The position numbers were made by a program, and so were the translations under genes. Source: Macrostomum lignano (lineage: Eukaryota). Taken from it: a stretch of DNA of 64,000 nt. A model generated the notes under the pieces. That model worked only from the letters and a program-made list of their open reading frames with translations, did not search any database and was not told where the DNA came from. Positions 54,101 through 64,000 of the stretch are shown here, piece by piece (position 1 is the stretch's first letter; every line of letters begins with the position of its first letter). The stretch covers positions 198,509 to 262,508 of the forward strand of contig NIVC01000550.1 of NCBI GenBank assembly GCA_002269645.1, written 5' to 3'.

Positions 54101-57100
54101 AAGTCTGATGTATGCGTCGGCGTCTTGTCTCCAATTAGTTCAGTTAATTAATTTATTAAAAAGATTTTTTCGTTGCTCCTGCCGCTTATATTGTTGATAC
54201 TCCAGCTGTTCAAGTTTGTTTTAGTTGGCAAAGCTCAAGGAGCTAATGACAGAGACGCTGCTGGAGGTAACCACCAGCTTGATGACCGAGGTGGCCCAGG
54301 AGGTGCTCGGCAACAACTCCAAGCGCGGAAATCGAGGTCAGGAATCAGTTCTAATTGCATGTTTGCTTGTTTCATTTATTGTTTGTCTATCTCAATGATG
54401 AATGTCGGACTCGTCTAGGGAGTAAAATGAATAAAACCGGGCCAGCGATTTGAAAACAAGACTGACACAACTTCTTACCTCCCTAACAAAGTATCCAGCT
54501 TCATCAAGCAGCTGTAATCCATGTAGTTATTTTTGCATTCCCTTTATCTGTGTGACGCTTTGTGTGTTGTCCACGTAGATTTTTTATTCAACAAGAGCAG
54601 AGAAAAGTTGGAATTTCATTTAATTAGCGAGCACCACAGATACTATAGAATGAATAGATGGCCACTCAGGACCTTTGCAGGTAAGCTACTTTCAGTTCAG
54701 TAGTAAGTTAAACTGAAGCATTTTAATGTATTTTAAAGCCAAGGCTCATTTATTGGCTCTCCCAAGCTTAAACCCTCTAACCGCGCCTTTCCACACTACC
54801 CCGCCCTATTTTTTATTGCTTTTCTCGGAATTCCAGCCTAAAGCTGCCATGTACATTTCAGTGGACTGGCTAATGTACATTATTGCTGAACCAATTAGCA
54901 AGTTGTTTACGCCTGCAAGCTGGGCTTCTAAACTTATCAAAGTCATTTCAGCTGCCTTTATTTTTATAAAATAGCTTATGTATTCTTCTTTGCTACTGAA
55001 CTGAAAGTAGAAAATGCTTTACTAAGTATATGTGCCTGAGTGGCCCATCTAGTCATTTTATTATCTGTGGCGAGCACAAGAAGTTTATCTGTTACTTCAT
55101 TATAACTTTTCGTTTGAGCTTTATTGCGATTGGCAAGAATCGATCGTCATAATTCTGGTTAATTGGAGCATGCTTTATCGTGACAGATGGAATCTCCCAC
55201 CTTGTGTTTGCATTATTATTGTGCTTCTAACTGGCATTTGACCTACTAGCTAATGGCTTGAAAAGATCAGCGCACAAGCTCATCAGAATCAGCGAATACG
55301 ATTTCATTCATCCATGATTGCATTTGTAATAATAATTCTATAACTTCGCAGCAGCTGAAGGCGAGAAGGTGTCCGGGAATTATAGCAGGCCTAGTGCTGC
55401 TGCTACCTCTCGGCCTAAACTGGGTAAGTGCTGCTTGGGGTTGATTCTGTTTTGAAACACTACTTTTATTAGTCTAACTGCATATTTTGTCAGACTCTAC
55501 TAAAAAACAGAATTGAATAAATCGAGAGGCGTAATGGATTCCTTCCTGCATGACAACTATTTTTGCTGCGCTTAAAGGAAGCAACATTGGCAACATATAC
55601 ATTTTGAAATCTGTATCGGACGCCGCCGTTTTGTGTTCGAATTTGGGACTTCCATCAGACTTATCTGATTAGGGTTTAGGGATTTGTAAATATTTAGCTT
55701 TCTGTTTTAAATATCTTGTTTAGCGTTCAAAATATTAGTACGAGGGTTTTTTCATAAGTTCGCAGAAAAAATGACTGTAGTTAAATCAAGTAGTGCTCAG
55801 TCTAAACCTGTTAAAAGTTACCGTGACAAGAGTCGCTAAATATGACGCAGATGCGCTTTAGACGCAATTCAGTGATTCTAAAGCAACTCTGGCACGTCTC
55901 AGTTACGACTCTACGGTCCCAGAGTCACTTTCGTCGCACCAGACTCGTTTCATAGGCAGACGATTAAACGGCTAAAATTGACGCTTAAAGCGAATCTTTG
56001 ACAACTTGTCGGCGACTTGCACTGCGACATCTCGTCGTCGTTTAAGAGTCGCTTCTTTCCTATTCTTACCTGTGTTACCTTCAACGACTCTGAAAGCTAC
56101 TCCAGGATGACGCAAAATGACTAAGACGCTATTTGGCCTGGGTGCCATTTTCTCCGGAAAAACTCCGGGTCACACTTCTCTACGTCCACGCAGTAGTTCC
56201 TTCATCTTTAGCAACAGCAGCCAGTAATTGATGACAGACAGATTCGGCGAATAGGTTAGGTGTCGTACCAGCTTGAATTGCAAGTGTCTAATAGTGCTTG
56301 TAGTTTCACGACAGGTGGGCAGCTTGCGTGTGAAAATCTGTCAGTAGCTTTGGCACGCCGCGAGCAACGATTCGCATCATTCCCAGCTGCTCCACGGCAG
56401 TGCGGTGGTCTCTCTTCATTGAAATGTCTAAGATACAAGCGTGGTTTTAGAGGTGAAGAAAATGTAAAATTGCCTCAATTTTAACAAGTTAACAGCTGTT
56501 TTAATTAATAGTCAACTGAATCCTGATTCTGCAACTAGAATGCAAATTTGTTTTAATAGTGTGTGAATCGATAGCGCACAGATTTTGTTATCTTACATTT
56601 TCAGTCTTCTCCAATCCAATGCGACAACTTGCAAAGCATTTTTTACAGCTAACATGAAATAGTGCCCTTAAGCTCTTGCTTTCTGCTCTTTCGTTTAAGC
56701 GCAGCAAATATTGTCAAGGGCTGAGAAAATATTTACCCTCTTGTGCAATAGTTTTAATGTTAATTATTATCAGTTGTTATAGTTTTTGTCAGCAAACCCA
56801 GCAGCTCAGGATGTTCAACTGGCGGTTAGGCGTTATTCGCATTTCTATTAGTTGTAAATATTTTTACAAATAAATTTTTGTTGAATTCCGTAAGTGGGTA
56901 AGTGAGCTTTCAGCAGGCATGCACACATGTTATACTCGTATCAATCTATCGGGAAACCGCTTCATTTGCTGTATGTCCAGCTGGTATGTATGGAGTGTAT
57001 ACAGTAAGGTCTAAGTTTATCAAGTGTAATTGAGTCAATCCGTTGTATGACTGTTGACCTCTTGTTGATCTATTCAACGTGTCAGACATTGTGTATCTTC

Positions 57101-58960
57101 AAAAATTCATAATAATTTAGCTGTTGGTAACCGTGGTTGGAAATATGATTAACTGATATAGGTAGGCATCTGCCAATCAAGTTCTTCCTGGAAAATCATG
57201 TATTATAGTCTGCAATCGAAATAACTCTCATTAAGTATCTTGTCTGTAATTACTTCGTACCAGATGCCATAAAAGTTATTTTTATGACTTCTCGTGCGTT
57301 TTTTTACCTCTTTCGTTAACACGTACCTGCTGGATTGAGAATTTCATATTTGGCTCAGAATACATAATATTCCAAAACTTCCCGGGCACAATATTTTACT
57401 CTATTGGAGTAGGTGTTCAAACACCAGTAAACATGGACCCTTGCAAAGGAAATACTTCGCATGAAAGTAATTAAATTTTTCATATTTGTTACGCAAAATT
57501 TTGCTCGTTGATAGAGAATCTAACGCAGGACTGCAGGCCAGAGAGAGGAGAGTGGAGGGGAGAGAAGAGAAGAGAGGAGAGAGTTGAGAAGGTAGCGAAG
57601 GAGAAAAGGGGAGAGAGGAGAGAGGGGATTGCTATTGTGAAGTTTCAAAGGATCCGAGGCCGAATAGAGGCTTTGTGGGCCGGAGTTGGCCGACCCATGA
57701 ATTACAGTATAGGCAGTGGAATTTTCGGCAACATTAGTTGGATGTCTTGTCTAGCAATTTGTGCAAAAGCCTTCAACACGGCTTATCCAGTTCTGAGGCC
57801 AACTGTAGGTGTTAAGCACTGTCGCGTTCACATCACAATCGCACACGCGTATGTAGGCCTCGATCAGTACGGCGATGAAGACGACGACGACTCCTCCGAG
57901 GTGAAGAGCAATTCGGAGCCGCTCGAATCATCTGCCCGTCGGCGTCAACGCCAGTCGTCAAGGTCCCGATCTCGCCACAGTCCTGCTAGCGAATCGGGCG
58001 CTGAATTAGACAGAGTGGCCACAGTTAGAGCTGAGAGAATCTCTAGCCGTTCAAGAGGCGACTATAATAGCGGAGGTGAGAGACTGCAACAATCTCATCT
58101 GGCTAATCAAAGGTCTCAGCTGTGCATTTTGCTTGCGCGATTCTCGCCCATGAGGGCCTAACCAACTGCGCAGTGTGTACACCTCATGTGAGCGTGTGCC
58201 TGCGTACGTATCGGTGTCTATCTCCAAAAAACATAAAATGGCGTTCGTTTTTAGTTTTTATATTTCCTAATTTTTTACCTAAGTTTTCGATAAATTTTGT
58301 CTTGCAGACCGCTCGGCTGCCTCGGTCAGTCCTGCTCGCGAGCAAAGACAGTCACAGCAGCAGCAGCAGCCGGTAACCATGACAACGGCTGGCTCAAGCC
58401 ATCAAAACAGACGCGGCAGTCGCAGTCCCGAAACTCTGTCGACCGCTGCTAAACAGACCGGGAGAGGCGGCAGCCGCGGCAGACACGGAGATCGATATCG
58501 GCCAGGATCGAGACGATCTCGCTCGCGGCATAGGTCAAGGTCAAGGTCGAGGTCGAAAAGGTCAAAGTCAAAGTCGGAGTCTCATAAACTTTCGAGACGC
58601 CGATCTTCTCGGTCTAAAGAACGGGAGAAGACGCGTGACCGAGACCGCGACCGAGAACGTGACCGGGACCGGGACCGTGACCGTGACCGTGAGCGCCGTC
58701 ATGACCGTGAACGTGACCGTTCGCCCATCAGTAAAGCCGTTGACTCAGACAGTCCAGAATGGATCGAGCAAAAGCAGCAATTGTCCGGCAATGCGGACGC
58801 GTCTGCTTCTAGTAGCAGCAAAAGTAAGAATAAAAGCAAGAAGCATCACAAGCGCAGCGGCAACAAAGACAAAGAGCATAAGCGTAGCAAAGAATCAAAG
58901 AGAAGTCGACGCGATTCCCCAGCTAATAGCAGCAGTGATGACGATAGAAGTAATAGATAG
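51173..58960 (+). CDS. PNISR: PNISR/SFRS18-like RS-domain splicing-associated protein, ~745 aa; CDS = join(51173-52009, 52554-52898, 54225-54336, 55352-55423, 57857-58075, 58308-58960)
   Basis: Family motifs DWAELARQW, LPAWLRDGL, LMTETLLEVT...VAQEV and LGLDQYG.EDDD; C-terminal RS/RD-rich domain. GT-AG introns with phases 0,0,1,1,1; total 2238 nt. Confidence 0.88.
53153..53412 (-). mobile_element. Dispersed repeat (SINE-like?), copy 2, PNISR intron 2
   Basis: Homologous to 47337-47637; a short degenerate trace also occurs at ~58185-58213. Confidence 0.7.
53425..54030. repeat. 20-bp-unit minisatellite (TTGGGGTTTCCCAAAGCTGG), PNISR intron 2
   Basis: About 28 units, each containing a small TTGGG-N4-CCCAA inverted repeat. 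Confidence 0.95.
54635..55069 (+). mobile_element. MITE family A, copy 4 (PNISR intron 3)
   Basis: Same TIRs; perfect 8-bp TSD GCGAGCAC. Confidence 0.93.
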
Positions 58961-59299
58961 AACTTTCTCAGTTAAGGAAAAAATAAACAAGAGTTTTCCT
59001 GTTACTGCCTTTGTTAGAAAACCCCACTTAATTTAAAATTGATCCGATAAACTTTCGGTAGCGCAGCGCTTGATTATTATTCAACTATTTTCCGTGTTTT
59101 TGTTTGGCTAAATTTAGTCATTACTCTGGTCCAAGACTATTGTTTATGTTTTTTTCTTAAAGTTCAACCGAAATAGTCTTGTGTGGCGTCTCTTAGCTTT
59201 TTGCTTAGAGGTTTTGCATTATAATTAATTTTAATTATTAAGTTTGTTGGATCGAAAACAAATTAGGTGGCTGTCGTGTGATGTTGGGTTGTAGCTTAA

Positions 59300-59945
59300 A
59301 TGCTAGAAAACGGGGTGGTGGTCGTGTGATTGCGGGGTGCAGTTCTAGCCTAAACTTGAGAAAATGGGGTGGTGGTCGTGTGATTGCGGGGTGCAGTTCT
59401 AGCCTAAACTTGAGAAAATGGGGTGGTGGTCGTGTGATTGCGGGGTGCAGTTCTAGCCTAAACTTGAGAAAATGGGGTGGTGGTCGTGTGATTGCGGGGT
59501 TCAGTTCTAGCCTAAACTTGAGAAAATGGGGTGGTGGTCGTGTGATTGCGGGGTGCAGTTCTAGCCTAAACTTGAGAAAATGGGGTGGTGGTCGTGTGAT
59601 TGCGGGGTGCAGTTCTAGCCTAAACTTGAGAAAATGGGGTGGTGGTCGTGTGATTGCGGGGTGCAGTTCTAGCCTAAACTTGAGAAAATGGGGTGGTGGT
59701 CGTGTGATTGCGGGGTGTGCAGTTCTAGCCTAAACTTGAGAAAATGGGGTGGTGGTCGTGTGATTGCGGGATGCAGTTCTAGCCTAAACTTGAGAAAATG
59801 GGGTGGTGGTCGTGTGATTGCGGGGTGCAGTTCTAGCCTAAACTTGAGAAAATGGGGTGGTGGTCGTGTGATTGCGGGGTGCAGTTCTAGCCTAAACTTG
59901 AGAAAATGGGGTGGCGGTCGCGTGATTGCGGGGTGCAGTTCTAGC
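59300..59945. repeat. 54-bp-unit G-rich minisatellite, ~12 copies
   Basis: AGTTCT recurs at 59341 and 59395; source of the LNLRKWGGGRVIAGCSSS ORFs. Confidence 0.96.
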
Positions 59946-60675
59946 TTTGTCTTTTGGCAATGAAATCATGCCAGTTACAATAATTTAGTTGAATATAAAT
60001 ATGCAGCGGCTTCGTCGTAGAAAATCGGATGAGTGTCCTATCCGTGTCTCTCCCAACACCTGATGCAAATATATGCTACGCCGGTAACTGCAGTAGAAAA
60101 CATTTCTTTTATATATTTTCCATAAAAGTCATGATATTATGGTAGTTTTCTGTTCTATTTATTCACATATACTAAATCTAATTCTTATTGCTTTAATTGC
60201 GGTAAAACGCACTATTGTCATTATGTATATTTTGAACTTTATTGCATATTGAAATGTTGTTATTATTTGCACAAAAAACTGTTTGTTGACACCATTTGCC
60301 GATCAATATTGCTCGCGTCTCAATTTCAATTGTACGTGCTCTATGCAGTAATATTTAGTAATAAATTTTCCCTGCGACTGCTTTCTGTGCTGTCTTTGCC
60401 TCTCCTAGCAGGAGTTGGAATAGGAAAAAACTTCAGTAAGCGGATAAATTTCTCCATTTTAAAATTATTTTGGCCTTCGACCGGATATACCTTTAGGGCA
60501 TTCAGACGGCTACGGTCTAAAATCTTTATAAAGCTGGTTTACAATTCATTGCTAGCAAAGTAATAAAATCTTGACGTCCTGTTTTAAATTTAGATTGACG
60601 AAAATCCGGCAAGCGTGCAACTGGAGTAAATTGCATTTGTAGACTTTGAGCTATCTCTCTAGTGTCCGTGTGCCT

Positions 60676-61430
60676 AATAATAATTGATTACACCTGCCAT
60701 AATGGCCAGATGTGCAACCGACAGCTCAGCCGCAGCTATTGCGCGGCGCATCTGAAGACTGCGTACGGCTGTTCAGTCCAAGGACTGGGGGTCGCCACAC
60801 ACCCTCAATTACCCCAGCTAATGCTGGCGCCCATTTTACAGCTGGGTGAACTGAAGCAATGCAGAGTTAAGCGTCTTGCTCAAGGACACAAATTGTTCCA
60901 GTTGGGATCGTGAATCGAACCCCCGACTTTCAAGTCACAAATCCGACGCTCTAACCAGGGGTCATCAAAGTTTTTTAATCAAGGGCCAGATAAGGAATCC
61001 AGCTCATGGCGGCGGGCCAGGTGAGAGAAGAGAAGGGAATAGAAGATGACAGATGGGATGAAACGAGAGAAGAGGGGAGAGAGAAGGAGAGAAGAGAAAA
61101 GAGGATAGGGGAGAGAAGATAAAAGAGGATAGAGAAGAGAAAAGAGGATAGGGGAGAGAAGAGAAAAGAGGATAGGGGAGAGAAGAGAAAAGAGGATAGA
61201 GAAGAGAAAAAAGGATAGGGGAGAGAAGAGAAAAGAGGATAGGGGAGAGAAAAGAGGATAGAGAAGAGAAAAAAGGATAGGGGAGAGAAGAGAAAAGAGG
61301 ATAGGGGAGAGAAGAGAAAAGAGGATAGGGGAGAGAAGAGAAAAGAGAGAGATCGCTATTTTGAAATTTTAAAGTACCTGAGGGCCGGAGGTTGCTGACC
61401 CCTGCTCTAACCACTAGGGCCTAGGCTATT
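60676..61430 (-). mobile_element. tRNA-headed CORE-type SINE, full length, interrupted at 60956-61404 by a hAT MITE
   Basis: Rejoined minus strand reads TAGTGGTTAGAGC (A-box region)...GGTTCGATTC (B box)...TGTGTCCTTGAGCAAGACGCTTAAC...CAGCTGTAAAATGGG, resembling the MIR CORE; (ATT)n-like tail. Confidence 0.8.
60956..61404. mobile_element. hAT (Buster/Charlie-like) MITE carrying an internal AG-rich minisatellite
   Basis: Termini CAGGGGGTCA.CAA / TTGCTGACCCCTG. Duplicated target CTCTAAC(C) with central TA (NNNTANNN pattern); one C at the left junction is ambiguous. Confidence 0.82.
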
Positions 61431-61471
61431 CTTCAGCCTGCATTGCATTGACTGCTCTTAACTTTTAACTC

Positions 61472-61670
61472 AACTCTGCATTGCTTCAGTTCACCCAGCT
61501 GTAAAATGGGTGCCAGCATTAGCTGGGGTAATGAGGGTGTGTGTGGCGACCCCCCAGTCCTTGGACTGAACAGCCGTACGCAGTCTTCAGATGCGCCGCG
61601 CAATAGCTGCGGCTGAGAGCTGTCGGTTGCACATCTGGCCCAACTGAGGCAGGTGTAATTAATTAATATT
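61472..61670 (+). mobile_element. CORE-type SINE, 5'-truncated second copy, inverted relative to the first
   Basis: Nearly identical to the reverse complement of 60676-60868. Confidence 0.85.
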
Positions 61671-61976
61671 ATGACCCCGTGCGCCTAGCATAAACAACGT
61701 ATCTCATAATGACGCTGGAGATACTTCAAATTCTGAAGCGCAGCTGTTCGAAATCCGCTCGGAAAGCATCGACAAAAAGGAGCGGAATATCCGAGGGATA
61801 GAAAATCTAGAAAAATCAGTCCTTGGACTTTATCGAGAATGCGAAGTGACTTTATAAATAATGTAAGTTTATAAATTCTACGCGTAGCTAAATCGTGGCT
61901 AGAGTACTAAGTTTTTTATTAAGCCATTGATGAGCTATCGTTCATGTAGCTGGAAATAACTGATCTAGGTGGATCG

Positions 61977-62213
61977 ATGAGCTTTCCCAACTACACTGAA
62001 AGGTGTGTAAAGCACTTGACTGAAACCAGCGGAAATGGTCGATCCAGAGTTAAGCGTCAGGTTCTTCCCCGTCAGCCAGGCGGCATCCATCACCGGCTGG
62101 AAAATCTACCCGCTACCGTTCACCTCTGCCAAACCTGTGACGGTCAGCCTGGGCTTTGCCTGGAGCCGTGCTTCTTTAAGTGGCACTCGGCTAACTGGTT
62201 GCTGAAACTGTAA
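61977..62213 (+). pseudogene. piggyBac transposase C-terminal cysteine-rich-domain relic
   Basis: VHLCQTCDGQPGLCLEPCFFKWHS matches the C..C...LC..PCF..(Y/W)H end of piggyBac transposases; no DDD core ORF or TTAA-bounded TIRs recognised. Confidence 0.55.
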
Positions 62214-63741
62214 TCGAACTGTTGCTAATATTCTTTTCATTCACTTACATGCAACTTTATTTGCCCGTATGTTCTTCATATTTACTCTTGTACCTGCAAT
62301 GTATGCCATTTTCTATTTGCTTCGTTCCGTTGCGACGAAGTATGACAATACAAGCAGTTTCTTTGCAATGGCATGGATAGCATTCCATCGGGTTCAGTAA
62401 GACAATGATTCTGTATAAAATCGCTTTCCCTTCGACTTCAAATTTGTCCTACGGTCAATCGATAGAATGAACGACATGCCACTGGTAATCATAAATTTAA
62501 TTTATGCATATTCATTAGTCCCAATGGGATAATAATTAGCAAACAGCCACGGAACATACGCAACTAAAAACTACCTTAATTACTTTTATAAATTTTATAC
62601 ATGTACATAACGTTGTGACACTACTGCGTCAAGGATAAAGGGCTGGTAGTCAAGACACTCGAGAGCGGGCCTCGAGTCTGTCCTAAGAACGTACTAGGAG
62701 CTGCGAAATTTTTGGCTGTTAGGATGACAGCGTACTATAAAAGTCTCCCTAGAGGGTCAACATGCTAATCTCTTGATACTTGACACTCGACTCCTACATG
62801 CAATCCTAGCTGTTCAGCACGAGCTTCAGGGCTAGAGACAGAAGGTGGTAGAAAAGAGTTGCAGCCAATCAGCTAGGGAGCTGGAGATTTGCCCGCAAAA
62901 GAATTTTCCTCTGCAGCGTGGAAAACTGCGCTACAAAAAAGCACTGCGGGCAAACCTCGGCGGGAAAAGCTCAGTATGGGCAATTCTCATGGACCCAGCC
63001 AATCAGGCTCTGTGAGCTGCTGTAACTGTGGCTGCAAGAATGGGGAGGTGGGTGCACCCGTTGAAAACGCGTTTCTGAAACAAGAATCGCTTAATTATAA
63101 GGTGTCATTCCAAGCAACTTTATAGTAACTCAAGCGATTCTGGGGCAAGTCTTGTGATTTTTCAACCATTCAAACAACTGCAATGCGATTGTGAGGCGAC
63201 TGTCGAGTCAGGAGCGCGTCACGTGAGTTGCAGAATCGTAAGAGTCTCGAAAAAGTCGTCCAAGAGCTTTTGTGTTAGCGCTTAACTTTCTACTAACTCA
63301 AATAGACTAGCTAAATAGAGGTGCTCTAAATGCGAAATGCAGTTCTAATTCATTAAGTGACGCAGATGCAAAGCTTTAGAGGCAACTCAGTGACTCCACA
63401 GTGACTCTAGAGTCGTTTTAGAGTCGTAGACAATAAAATGCCTCAAGGTGACTCTTATGCGACTTTTTGGCGACTTGTACCGTGACAACTCATCGTTCTC
63501 GAGTCGTCTAGAGTCACTTTACTCTTTTTCACCCGTGTATATCTAAAAATGACTCTGGGTGGCGTGACTTTGGGACGCTCTTTGAATTGGGTACCGTTTT
63601 TATAGTGTGCTGCTGGGGGTTGGCGCAGACACGTAAGGGAGTTGGAGTGCAATATCGGGCCGTACATGTACATCAACAAAAACAACAACAACAACCAAAT
63701 ACGCGACCCCGCATGCACAGTCACAGTTAGAGCAGGGCGCG

Positions 63742-64000
63742 TCAGATGGCGCACTGCAGAGCCTGGGAGCGAACAAAGTCCGCTCCGTTGGCAGTGTCGG
63801 GCGCCCCAGCGTCGCACAGCAGGCAGTCCACGTAATCGATGTTCCTGACCCCGCCTGCGAATGTGCGTGAGCACAGGACGTCCTGAGCAGGTTGGGGGCA
63901 GTAGCCCTCGGCCGGATCACGTGACCCGCCAGTTGAAGTCGCCGCCGGCGCAGAATGATGACGGGCGCTGCAGCTTGGCCCGATCGTACAGGGCCTCGGT
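63742..64000 (-). CDS. Possible terminal coding exon of an unidentified gene continuing beyond the window
   Basis: GC-rich frame open from the window edge to TGA at 63744-63742 (...YCPQPAQDVLCSRTFAGGVRNIDYVDCLLC...LQCAI*), followed by a (GTT)n UTR-like tract; no family recognised. Confidence 0.3.
   Translation of the reverse strand, partial: PRPCTIGPSCSARHHSAPAATSTGGSRDPAEGYCPQPAQDVLCSRTFAGGVRNIDYVDCLLCDAGAPDTANGADFVRSQALQCAI

Noticed and set aside
63915-63960. FCAGGDFN motif on the minus strand (enoyl-CoA hydratase-like or EEP-like)
   Set aside because: That frame stops four codons later with no good donor site; likely coincidence.

Overview
Eukaryotic (metazoan, lophotrochozoan-like) genomic DNA: no prokaryotic features and no CRISPR array. 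The mix of GC-rich polyQ/polyA exons, GT-AG introns and dense minisatellites resembles a Macrostomum-type flatworm genome (inference; species not provable from the window). Four spliced genes can be assembled by hand in frame: a Lox4-like central Hox gene (minus, 2 exons), a UBAP2/UBAP2L/lingerer homolog (minus, 5 exons), a ZUP1/ZUFSP deubiquitinase (plus, 4 exons) and a PNISR/SFRS18 homolog (plus, 6 exons). A possible fifth terminal exon lies at the right edge. Mobile DNA comprises a full-length 5.4-kb LOA/R1-group non-LTR retrotransposon with RNase H, a 12-bp target-site duplication (TSD) and a TAATG stop-start junction; four copies of a ~430-bp MITE, each with a perfect 8-bp TSD; several other TIR elements; a tRNA-headed CORE-type SINE in two inverted copies, one split by a hAT MITE; and a piggyBac C-terminal relic. 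About 25 distinct tandem arrays fill introns and intergenic space and explain most of the long low-complexity ORFs in the track. I see no unambiguous new biological system. The best leads are the retrotransposon, the branch-point-bearing minisatellite at the Hox 3' splice site, the MITE family, the inverted CORE-SINE pair and a candidate poison exon in PNISR.
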